From assembly GCF_048593235.1 (NCBI RefSeq), contig NC_133617.1, positions 488,726,958-488,790,957 of the forward strand: DNA of 64,000 nt. Direction: 5' to 3'. Both the position numbers and the translations under genes were made by a program. Positions 13,616 to 24,965 of this stretch are shown here, piece by piece; positions within the stretch are counted from its first letter, which is position 1, and each line of letters starts with the position of its first letter. Under the pieces are notes generated by a model that saw only the letters and a program-made list of their open reading frames with translations, searched no databases and had not been told where the DNA came from. The DNA comes from Sminthopsis crassicaudata (Eukaryota).

Positions 13616-13754
13616 AGGGACAGCTAGGTGGCGCAGTGGATAGAGCACCAGCCTTGAATTCAGGAAGACCAGAGTTCAAATCTAGTCTCAGACACTTAAC
13701 ACTTCCTAGCTGTGTGACCCTGGGCAAGTCACTTAACCCCAGCATCCAAAAAAA
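13616..13754 (+). mobile_element. Young WSINE1-like SINE
   Basis: Full length; perfect 16-bp TSD aagaatctaccatatt at 13600-13615 and 13755-13770. Confidence 0.93.
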
Positions 13755-14579
13755 AAGAATCTACCATATTCAAAGGACTATGCTAAATGCTGAAGGAGAC
13801 ACAAATAATACAGAATTCACTGAACTGGGAGAAGAGAGCTATAGTCACTTTCCTCCATCAACAAATCTGAATTGTTCTAAATTGCAATTTGGTCACTCTC
13901 ACATTTGCTAATATTAATAATTACTATTATTTGTATAATTAGGGCAAAAAAATTATATCAGTATCTGAAAATGACCTAGAGATCAATTCTCTCTTATTAC
14001 ATTTTGACAATTCCCTCCAGCATTTCCCTAACTCATTTTCCTTTTTCACTATGTGTTTAGAAAAAAAGTTTTCTGGAATAGAGACTAGACTGTTGGTATC
14101 TAGACTAACTGCCTTCCCTGGCAGAAAATTTATTGCAATTTTTTCCTGAGAGCTCTCTCTTATTAAAATGGATTTCCTGAACACTTTAAAAAATTTTATA
14201 CATAGCTGTATGACTCTAGATCCATCTGTAGTTCCAGTTGATTTAGCTACGTTCATTCACATTTAGAACTGAAATGGTCTCATAGCTTCAATATCCAGCT
14301 TGCTTCACTGTACCTCCTGTCCAGTTCTATTCCCAACTAGTTACATCTCACAAGCATAGATAATTGGTGTCATTAAAGCCTACCTGATTATTACCATATC
14401 TTCTGATTATCATGGAACATAAGGGAAATAGGAGTGAGGATAATTTAAAGGTCTCTGACTTCTAAATGTATTATCTAATGTTTCTGCAGCAGATTTACCT
14501 TATTCTGTTTGATGTGGAGTATTATTTCACAGACCACATACCAGTAACGCTGAAAAGAAAACAAGAAGGTGGTAAATAA

Positions 14580-16075
14580 GCAGATATACTTCAAGATAAA
14601 CATTTTTTGTGGATAAACCATATGTAGATTACCGAAGATTGAATGTGGATAGTTATTGCCCTTACCAGTGTACTAATCACTGTAAAGGTATTGTCCATAG
14701 TGAATTTCAGGTCCCTTGATAAAAAATATACTATAAGATTCCAGACAAGTATTTGAGTAAAATGAAGAACTCTAATCTCTTGCACAGAACTTCTTCCCAT
14801 TTACAAAGAAATTCTAGGTTTTCTGTACTGGAAAAATCACATCTTTGATGTGTCTATGGCCAAATGCCTTGGCACAATTAGTACATTTTGAGGCCTTTTC
14901 CCCTGTGTGTATTCTCTTTTTTTTTTTCTTTTTCCCCTGAGGCTGGGGTTAAGTGACTTGCCCAGGGTCACACAGCTAGGAAGTATTAAGTGTCTGAGAC
15001 CAGATTTGAACTCTGGTCTTCCTGAATTCAAGGCTGGTGCTCTATCCACTGCACCACCTAGCTGCCCCCACCCTGTGTGTATTCTCTAATGTTGAATGAG
15101 GTGGGCATCCTGACTGAAGCATCTTCCAGTCAAGATATTTGTTATGTTTTTCTCCCCATTGGTTCTTAAGGTGATGGATGGAGTAAGAACTACATTGAAA
15201 AAATTTCCCACCGTCATTACATTTAGACAATGTGAATACATTGGTGTGTAATGAGATAGAACTACAGCTAAAATTCTTTATACAAAAAACTTAATTTTTC
15301 TCTAGTGAGATCTCTAGTGAGTAGCAAGTTAAAACTTTGATTAAAGCCTTTCTCACATATGGAATATTTGTAGGACTTCTCGCCTGTGTGTATTCTCTGA
15401 TGCTCAACAAAAATGGAACTCATACATTGACAGGGTTTCTCTGTCCCATGGCTTCTTTGGTGCTGAACAAGATTTTTGTGCTTCCCAAAGCTTTTCCCAT
15501 ACCTATCACATTTACGAAGTTTCTCAGAGGGTGGTGTGTTCCTAGTGCTGAAGCAAGCTGGAGGTTTGTTACTGTATGTTTTTGTGCACTTGGAACCAGC
15601 AACTTTATTAACACTCATAGTGGATTCTTTGATCCACATTAAGATGAGAAATCTGGCTGAAGCCCTTCCCATATTCAGAGAATCTTTAGGTCTTCAGCGT
15701 GTTTATGTACCTAGAAGGAAAAAGAAATTTTTCTCTCCAATGTCTCCTCTGAAGAGAGGGCTTCTCTCTTCTCTCCCCCTCTGCTTAGGGCCAACTTTGT
15801 TTTTATGCTCTACTCATTCATTTGATTTTCTTTTTTTCTGGGACTCTGGACTATGTTACCTTTATATCTTGTAGGTTTACTTTGATGATCTTCATCCATA
15901 AAAGATCCAGGTAGGTCTTCAGAGAATGACTTTTGAAGCATTTTGTCTTTAGACTTTTCCCACTGGATATTCTGCAGTCTTTCTCTGTAGAGTATCTTTG
16001 CCTTTCTACTTCACCCCTTTACATCAGATAATTTTCTTAGGAGAACTTCTGCTTCTAAATTTAGTTGATCATATT
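14580..16075 (-). pseudogene. C2H2 zinc-finger exon of a decayed KRAB-ZNF pseudogene
   Basis: Minus translation gives degenerate fingers (KCDRYGKSFGKHKNLVQHQRSHGTEKP, EHQRIHTGEKSYKYSICEKGFNQS, HLIQH*RIHTGEKASKCTNCAKAF) with lost Cys/His ligands, a nonsense codon at 15086-15088 and a SINE insertion. Candidate acceptor ttcactag near 16075; boundaries approximate. Confidence 0.85.
14918..15070 (-). mobile_element. Young WSINE1-like SINE inserted in a zinc-finger HTGEK linker
   Basis: 17-bp TSD ccctgtgtgtattctct at 14901-14917 and 15071-15087. Confidence 0.93.
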
Positions 16076-16938
16076 CTAGTGAAATCAGTGAAATCTAGTG
16101 AAATTAGTTACATGAAAGTGCTTTGTTAAAAACACTGTACAAATGTAAGAGATTACTGTCATTATTATTCTGAAAAAGTTATAGCTCCAGATTCAGTTTG
16201 TTAATCAAATTCAAGACACATTTATTACTTTATTCATTCACCTGCTGCTTACACAGCAATATGCTGGAAGCTTGAGACATATTGTCTGCCTCCATGGAGT
16301 TTATAATTTGTTCATAATAATAGAGTATAGTTCACTTGAAATTTTTTGTCCAGAATCTCTATACAATTTAAATGAAATTCCTGCTGTACTCTGTAGGATA
16401 AATATAAAGGTATAACAGGTGACTAGCAATATTCCTGGGATCTATTCATTCAAAAACTTTTTAAGTACCTTCTCTGCATAAGACCCTGCTAGGGATACAA
16501 AATTAATTATGAGGTAGGCCTTGATTTCAATAAGCTGACAAATGAGGGAAAGGGGGGACATACTTTAAGGATTTACTATTCTAGAAATATGGTACAGTGG
16601 GTGGAAAGGTTAATTTGGAGTCAGAGGTTCTGGCTGTCCATTCCAGAACTACTACTTATCATTATGGCTTTAGACCCTCAATCTCTCTGGGCCTCAGTTT
16701 TATAGTATCATTAATCAAGAAATGGAAGGAACTAGAGAGATACATTTTCCAAGTGAGCAAATTAAGAGAGATTAAATGACTTCCCCAAAGTCACATAGAT
16801 AGTAAGTGGCAGAGCCAGGATTTCACACTTTTTTGTCTAGCTAACTTTTAAGGTCCATTCCTGTTTTAAATCTAAGATCCTTTAATCCCCTTATACAGAT
16901 AAAGATTGTAACCCCTGTCTTTTAAGTTTCCAGATATT

Positions 16939-17080
16939 GGGCAGCTAGGTGGCACAGTGCATGGAGCACCTCCTGACTTCAGGGAAGACCTGAGTTCAAA
17001 TTTGACCTCAGACACTTAACACTTCTAGCTGTGTGACCCTGGGCAAATCACTTAGTCCCAGTTGCCTCAGCCAAAAAAAA
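16939..17080 (+). mobile_element. WSINE1-like SINE
   Basis: gggcagctaggtggcacagtg head, B box, A tail; imperfect TSD gtttc(c/t)agatat. Confidence 0.88.
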
Positions 17081-18079
17081 TTCGTTTCTAGATATATTTC
17101 TCTCATTGGCCCCATAATCAGTCTTCTCAGAATGGTAGCATCTCTCAGGACTTGAGCTTCATTGGCATTACCTTTAAGAGTCTAGTTTCAACTTATCACT
17201 TCTGCCATTTTAGTAACTGAAATTCACAGGAGCTGGTAGAAACATGCCCATTTCCTCCCACTTTGAGATATACCATTTCCTCCCCAAATTCTGCCTTTCC
17301 TCTTATCTCCCAAATTACTTACATCATTGCCACCTTTCCTAAAAGTGAAGTGCTGATATACATACAACCTACTCCAAAAGGCCAGTTGAAACCTTGAGTT
17401 CTGCAAATGACACTCACATTGTAATCACTGTAGATACTATCACCATAATCTGATAAAGACTTTTTTAGACCAGATTGGGATCATTTATATCTGCACAAGA
17501 AAGACAAAGATAGCTACATTGTCTGTGATCCTCTGGAAGGAGAAGCTAGTTCAGATTAGAGCAATCTAGTCCAAGGGAAGGAAAAGAGGATTTTATTTGA
17601 TGAAATTCAACCTCCCAAAGTGCTTTTCAGGCATCTAAATGCAAAATACTGACCACTAAATTTATTAAGTGAAAGTTTACCTCTGAAGCCATCATGAGTA
17701 CTGATAATAAGCAAGTCTTCTCAAGGGCAAGATCCAGGGATACTTTTTACCTGAATTTTTTTTCCTAGGTGACAGGGAGATGTAAAGAACAGATTTTAAT
17801 CTCTTTAACTATGGAATTTAGTCTCTTAGCCAAATGGTATTTATAATTAGCTGGCAGAATTGGACTATCCCTCCTACTGGGCATTTAGGTGCTTGGTAGC
17901 ATTCTATACTTTTCTTTGGAGGAAAAGAGTGAGGGCTGGCCACTCAATTCCACTACTAACTTTCTCTACCAATTCTGTGCATCAGTCTTCCTCCTAGCAA
18001 CATATTAAGAATCCTCAACACAGTCGTTTAGACATTATATATTGCTCCCTGGATATAGCAGGCTCTTAAATTTATTTAA

Positions 18080-18590
18080 TTAAACTGGCACTTTATTTGA
18101 GGATTGAAGGAAGAGAAAGCTTTGAATAAACTGAAATGGAAGGGAATCTATTCTAGATATAGTGGACAGCATGAGACAAGAGAAAACAGAAAAAGAACAG
18201 GTGGCAGAAAGCAATACAGTTGGACAAGATTGTAAGCTACAGGAAATAGAGTAACATAAGATTAAGAAAGGTAGGTTACAGCCAGATGGTAAAGAGTTTT
18301 GAGTGTCAGGAAACTCAGGAGAAATTGGGGATAAAGACAGAGATTTGGAATTCATCTATACACAGATGCAAATTGAAGGCATAGGAGTTAGTAAGACAGG
18401 GTGGAGAAAGAAGGCCACTGACAAAATCTTTGGTAAAATTGATACTTAAGAGCTGGTGAGAGAATGAGAAATATAGAGGAGTGGGGGGAAGGGGAGATAG
18501 AAAATGGATGAATTTCAGGGTGACAGATGAGGAAGGCCAAGGCACCAAGGGTAAAGATATATGGAGAACTTTCTAGTGGTCTAGTAGATG
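18080..18590 (-). mobile_element. Ancient L2 LINE remnant
   Basis: Minus translation SYAFNLHLCIDEFQISVF resembles the L2 RT motif (GFNYHLYADDSQIYI); pyrimidine-rich L2-like composition. Confidence 0.65.
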
Positions 18591-19858
18591 AAGTCAGGAG
18601 GACCTGAATTCAAATCCCATCTCAGACAGTTAATTGTCTGTCCCTGGGTAAGTCACTTAATCTCAATTGTCTACAAATACATTTATGTGTGTATATAGAT
18701 ATATACATAATATATACATCTAACCATATCTAAATAAATACTTTTAAATTATTTTAATAGCATTTTCAGTGCATCTAGTTTCATTACTGTTATTAAAATA
18801 GCTTGGTAGTTAAAATTGGTACAATGGTACTTAGGGCAAACTTTGGCATTAAATATTTAACATGGCCACACTTCTTCATAGTTGCTTTTCATTTGTGTGT
18901 GGCTTGTGACTTTTTTTTTTCCATCTAAAAAATACCCAATGGCCTCTCATAGAAGAAATGTTTCTCATTTTTCAAAGGTGGGAAAAAAGGATCTGGTTGC
19001 ACAGGATAATTGCCATTTCTTAGAAGCCCAGGTTTCCCATCCTAACCCTAACCTCAATTATTGTAATTTGAAGTTTGTCTGGAACATGGGGGGGGGGTTA
19101 ATTTTAATTTAATATTTTGATGGTTGTATTTTACCACAGTTGGTTTCTTTTATAATGCTATGTATTTTATGTTATATATATTAAAATCATTATTCTTAGA
19201 AGGGGCCCATATCCATAGACTTTATGAGCTTGTCAGAGGAGTCTGTGACACACCAAAAAATGTTAAGAATCTGGTTTTGGGCTTGCAAAACAATATTCAG
19301 AACCCTAAGAAAAAGGTGGGAATCTAAAACTATTGGGGAATAGCCTCATCAAAGAAAAAAAGATGAACCAAGATAAGGCAATAGGCTTAAAAGTGTATAT
19401 TAAGATACTAAAGATTGGGAGGAAGAAGCATTGGAGGAGCACCAATCTGCAGGAAGCCTCTTTAGACACAACCAAAATCAAAATTCTGACTAGGGCAAAT
19501 AGGCCTGAGGATAGGCATTGGAATGTGAAGAAGGAAAACTAGTTTCTCTGGTAGATTTGATCCTGCTCTCCCATTTCTGTTCATCCTCAATCTGTATCCC
19601 TTCCTCTTTCTTTTTAAGTGTATTAACAGATGGGCATGTCAGGGAAAGGAGATACATTCCAGATGTTCTGTCCAGATGCTACATCTCATTTCAAGCCCTA
19701 ACATGGAATTTGAAGGAAAATAGCTTTGATGAATTAAGACAGACCCAAAGTAGAAATCCAGACTTTCCCCTATAGTATGCAGGCATAATGGGAGACATTT
19801 TGGGGTTTAGCAGCAGGCTGCCCGGGTTCTGAGAGAGAACCAGAAAAAAGGTGCTTAC

Positions 19859-19983
19859 CCATTGGAAACAGGTTCCAGTAGTTTTCAGACATGATGTGGC
19901 TCTATAGCAGCCCTGAATAGGAAAGGAGACAACCTGAAATTCCCCAAACATGTAGAGTCATACTGAATGAAACCCTAGTTAAT
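19859..19983 (-). pseudogene. Degenerate KRAB-A exon
   Basis: ttttcag acceptor and a 125-nt segment ending L*SHIMSENYWNLFPMG|gtaag, matching the KRAB-A end (LYRDVMLENYRNLVSLG, phase-1 donor). Tyr codon is mutated to TAG. Same strand as, and upstream of, the finger exon. Confidence 0.6.
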
Positions 19984-20399
19984 CTGAAAACCCTCTAGTG
20001 AGTGGAACAGGAAGTTGCTTTCCTCAGCCTCTCTAGGATTTAAAATAGTCACTTGCTGAGTTTAACCCTTACCTCTCCAATCAAAAGTGAAAGAAAAATC
20101 TTTTTTTTTTGATAAAGTTATTTATAGGAGAAATTAGATTCAAGCCCAGACACTCCCAGAATTCTTATATTTACAACCACAAGCCATTCAGTTCTACCAA
20201 ACCCTGTCAATGACTTCCACAGAAAAAGCCTTGAATTTTAGGATAATGGAATCAAAGAGTTAACCCCAAACATGGGAAATTTAGATTGTTTCTAGTCACT
20301 TCTCGGACCCTCACTTCCTTATTTGCAAAATGAAAATTTTGGATTAGATAATCACCAAAGTCTTTCCAACTTCTGATATTTTGAAATCCTAGTCCCAGC

Positions 20400-21270
20400 A
20401 AAATTTATCTTGTCTTGACAAATTTCACCTTTGCATCATCTTCCTAATAAGCCTCCTTTTCTTGTCTGCACCCTATTCCTGGTGCATACCCTTATCCCTC
20501 ACACCTGGACTACTTTAAGAGACTGCTTGTTGATCTGCCTGTCACAAATCTCTTCCCTATTCCATTACACCTTCCATTTAGCTGCCAAAATGATTTTCCT
20601 AAAATTCAAGTTCAGCCATGTCACTCCCCTAGTGGCTCCCTGTCACCTCCAAGATCAACTACAAAATCCTCTGGCATTCAAAACTCTTCATTAACTAGTT
20701 CCCCTTTTCCTCCACCACTGTCTTTCCTATCTTCTTATACTATATTCCCAACTAAGGGGCAGCTAGGTGGTACGGTGGATAGAGAACCAGCCTTGAATTC
20801 AGGAGGATCCAAGTTCAAATTTGGTCTCAGACACTTAACACTTCCTAGCTGTGTGACCCCCCAGCCTCAGGGGGGAAAAAAAAAAGAAAAAGAAAAAAAA
20901 CTATATTCCCAGCAGCATCTTTTTGCTGTGGTGATATTGTCCTCCTTATTGTTCCACAAACAAGATACTCCATCCTCTGGATTTTTCTCTAGCTGTCTCC
21001 CATGCCTCAAATGATCTCTCCTTGTCTTTAACTTCTGGCCATCCTTTTAAGTACCAACTAAAATTCTACCTTCTACAAGAAGCCTTTCTTAGTTCCTCTT
21101 TAATTCCAGTGCCTTCCTCTATTAATTATTTTCTATATATTTTGTATACATAGTTTGTATATATTTATTGGCTTGTCTCTCCATTGTGAGCTGCTTGAAG
21201 GCCAGAACTCTTTTTGTCTTTCTCTGTATTCTCAGCACTTAGCACAGTACCTGCACACATAGTACGTGAT
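20400..21270 (+). mobile_element. L2 LINE 3' remnant, interrupted by a SINE
   Basis: Ends with the L2 3' terminal motif cagcacttagcacagtacctgcacacatagta; typical L2 body phrases. Confidence 0.7.
20756..20899 (+). mobile_element. Young WSINE1-like SINE with internal deletion
   Basis: TSD actatattccca at 20739-20750 and 20900-20911; body lacks the tgggcaagtcacttaa segment. Confidence 0.88.
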
Positions 21271-21789
21271 GAGGAGAAACTGAGGCTCTAAGCTGATAAG
21301 GATCAGCTTTTTTTCTGGTGGTGTAATTACCTCTCACTCCTTCCCCAAAGTACCAAGGGCCAGGTTCGTATAGGAAATTAATTCTATATTCAATACTGTG
21401 TTAAAGATCTTTATTGATAGTAAAGGGATAGACAGGCATTTGGCCTCTAGAAAGGCCAAACTGCTTGGCTACAATTTTAGAAATTCATTTTATACATAAC
21501 CAGGGTCATAAAACAAAGTTTGTATAGAGATGTTATCCAAGAGATTCCGGAAAGATTTGTAAATAAGACAAGAATTTCTAAAATTCTATTAATTATTTGT
21601 CTCAAATCATCTCCTTTAACCTCTCCTAAAACAGGAATTTCCTGTTGATTATTTGTATCTTGGGCTATCTCTTTTTGACCTTATCAGAGGTACTTTGTTG
21701 CTGTTGTTGTTGTTCAGTCATTTCAGTCATGACAAATTTTGGTGCCATTTGGGATTTTCTTTTTAATTTTGTTCTGTTTTGTTTTGTTT

Positions 21790-21919
21790 TCGGTAAGGCA
21801 CTTGGGGTTAAGTGACTTGTCCAGGGTCATATAGCTGATGAGTGTTAAGTGTCTGAGGCCTTATTTGAGCTTAAATCCTCCTGATTTCAGGGCTGGTGCT
21901 CTGGCCACCTAGCTGTTCC
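21790..21919 (-). mobile_element. WSINE1-like SINE
   Basis: Reverse complement of the SINE head and body (ggggttaagtgacttgtccagggtc...ccacctagctg). Confidence 0.8.
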
Positions 21920-22451
21920 TCCACTCCACTCCCATGGGGTTTTCCTAGCAAAAATACTAGAGTGATTTGCTATTTCCTTATTTAGGAAATACATTTGTCA
22001 AGTAATCAGAGGTTAAGTGACTGCCCAGCTAGAAAGTATGTGAGGCTGGATTTGAATTTAGGTCTTCCAACTCTAGTCCCAGTGCTTTATCCAGTGAGCC
22101 ACTAGCTGCCTCATAGTTAGGAACTTGTGTGCTTATTGACTGACCAGCTGACTAGGTCTCCAAACATTTGAATCCCAGTTTCTCATTGGTTTAAATTTGC
22201 CCTCAAAAAAGGCTTTTTTTTTTCCCCCCCAAATAAAGTGTCTATTTCTTATTCAATTTAACAAATATTTATTAAGCACTTACTCCGTGGAAGACGTTGT
22301 GAATTTTCAGTCAATTAATTTACTAAGCTCTTACATTGTGCCAAGTACTGTGCCACATGCTTGGGACAAAAAGGCAAAAACACTATCCCTGCTTTCAAGG
22401 AGTTAATATTCTAATGTCTAATTGACAATATATAACTTACATGTACAAAAA

Positions 22452-22453
<2 letters not shown>

Positions 22454-22495
<42 letters not shown>
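22454..22495. repeat. (TG)n microsatellite, about 20 units
   Basis: Read directly from the sequence. Confidence 0.98.
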
Positions 22496-22497
<2 letters not shown>

Positions 22498-23059
22498 AGA
22501 ATAGAAAAAAAGGAAGGAATGAAGGAGGGAGGGGAGTGTTGCCCAGTCCTCTGGGGGCCAGCTCCTACTTCACAGACCATTACATCAGAGAGGCAATGCC
22601 ATGACATGCAAGTTTAATTGCCTCGGAGTAAACCATTACTTGGACCTGTTTGACTGAAACCTGTTAAAAGATCCTAGTTTTAAAAAACCAAGGTCTCCCG
22701 CAGCATGCAAGGCCATCTCCATCCCATCTGATTTGTATATGGCCCCTGGACCCAGATGGTTCCGGATGAGAATGTGATGCTGGTGACTTTGCATAACCTC
22801 CATCACCCAGGTTAGAGTAGAATGAAATGGGAAGAGGGAATCGTCCAGTTCTTTTGTGCCAGAAAGGTAGTTTAGAAACCTTTAGTCCAATCAAAGGAAG
22901 GCAAGTGTGCCATTCACTTTCTGACAAAGGGATGAATTTAAAACGAATATTATCTGATATATATACAGTGGAAGAGAAAGATTAATTTTAAAAAACAATT
23001 AAAATAGAAACACAACCCCATTGCAATGTAGGGAAAGAGTTTTCAATTCATTCTCTAAT

Positions 23060-23620
23060 CTGTCCAATGGAGATACTTGGCCCCGCCCCATCCCAGCCAG
23101 GATTAGCCAATTGGGGGTAGCAAGGGCTGGGCCTTCTAGATTTGCTCAAACCCTTTTAAAAAGGGGATTAGTCTGTGGCAACAGCTTCTCCCTTGTTTTA
23201 ACGCCAAAAGCCGTGGGATTGCTGCTCGATCCTTTTCTTGTTCACCTTTTGCCCTCTCTGGGAGTCTTATCTGGCCTGGTAAGAGGCCGCCCCAGTTATT
23301 TAAAACTGAAGTTCATCTGTGGGTGGAGGAAGGAACCTTGGCGCCATCGCCGTGGAAATTGTGCTTCGCTCCGTACTGGGTGCAGGGATCACGTTGGGAC
23401 TCCAGCGTGGGCGACATCTCCTGCCACTCGTTACAGAGACCCTGCCGATCCTCCCAAGGCCGGGACCTCGAAAAATGCGGACCCTGATACTTCGACCTCC
23501 TCCCAGCCTTTTAGCACCACGTTCGCCTGACGCCAGCTGTGTAATGCAAGTCCTGGTTGCTCCTGCCTCAGATTTCCCGCCTTTGAGCCTGTGCACCAGA
23601 CCCGGGAATGCTCAGAAAAA
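23060..23620. promoter_or_regulatory. Orphan CpG-island promoter
   Basis: CCAAT at 23064 and 23107; CpG-rich 23200-23620; YY1-like GGCGCCATC at 23340; plus-strand donor TG|GTAAGA at 23279. Confidence 0.6.
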
Positions 23621-24539
23621 TCCAGGCGAGGAGGGACAAGAAAGATGGAAGAGAAAAAAACAACCAACCCTGATTTGTTTTCAGTGTTTTCCCATTTACA
23701 AATCATTATATTAAAATTTTTTTATCTGTGACATCTGTGATCAGAAAAGGTGATTCTGTGCAAGGTATCCAGAGCTGGGGAAGGACACTATATTTAGGTG
23801 ATAACCTTAAAAAGCTAAAATTCCTAGAGCTTGCCTCGAGCGCATTAGGCGCTGGACTTGTGAGAAGACTGAAACAAGAATCACCCCAAATGTGTAATTT
23901 GCACCAGAGAGGCATTACAGAATGTAGACACATTTTCCTTTTTTGTCATGTTAGGCAATCTGATGAGCATGAAATGGTGCTTTTAGAATTTTTTCGTTTC
24001 CATTTTTCTGATTATGTAATTTAAAGCATTTCTTCATATGTGTCTATTGATATGTGTATATGTATCTATATATCTACATTTATATATATAGAGAGAGCAC
24101 TTTGATTTATTCTTCTTAAAATAGCCTGTTCATACCCTTTGACCATTTATCAATTAGGGATTCCCAGAAATTTCTAATCCCCTTCCCAACCAAGAAGACA
24201 ATAAACAATAAGATCTCCCCAAATGGGAGTAGTAAGAGCCATTATCCTTTTGTACTGATAACTCAGTAAGCCCACAAAAAATCTATAATGGAATAGGATA
24301 AGAATCCATTCAAGAATGCTCAATCTGTTTTTTGCATGCCTATTCCTGAAAAACCAGTAGTTATGTTGTAGATCCCTATGGATCCCTACTGATTTTCTAT
24401 TTTCTATTTTGACAACCGTCAGTCTTCTTGGCCTCCAAATACTCACACCTAATTGCTCCCAGACCCAAAACTCAGAGGGATCACCCCATCTCCACTAGCT
24501 AAGCTATTCTTAATTGGTTATCTCTTTTACACCCTTCTT

Positions 24540-24965
24540 TATTTCACTTTTTAAAATTTTTAAAAATATTTTTAAATACATTTCCTCATGAATCATCTTG
24601 AGAAACAAAAATAAGAAGGAAAGGGAAACATCACAAAAGGAAAAAAAAAAAAGGGAAAAACTGAACATAGCATATGTTGATTTATGCTCTCTCTGGACAT
24701 AGATGGAATTTTCCATCCAAAGTTTATTGGGATTGCCTTGGATCACTGAACCACTGAGAAGAACCAAATCTTTTATAATTGATCATTGCACAATTTTACT
24801 ATGCATGATATATTTCTGGTTCTGCTTGTTAATGCTCAGCATCAGTACATGTAAATCTTTCTAGGCCTTTCTAAAATCAGCTTGTTCATCATTTTTTATA
24901 GAATAGTAATAATCCATTACTTTCATATACCATAACTTATTCAGCCTTTCTGCAATTCATGGGCT
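24540..24965 (-). mobile_element. L1 3' UTR/ORF2-end fragment
   Basis: ataattgatcattgcacaat, tggttctgcttg, cttgttcatcatttttatagaatagtaataatccatt are reverse-strand L1 ORF2-end motifs. Confidence 0.75.

Noticed and set aside
17220-17780. Possible KRAB-B or other internal exon of the ZNF pseudogene
   Set aside because: Splice-like motifs are present, but no translation matched KRAB-B convincingly.
23021-23714. Overlapping 91-169 aa ORFs on both strands
   Set aside because: CpG-island artefacts with non-ATG starts and no family similarity.
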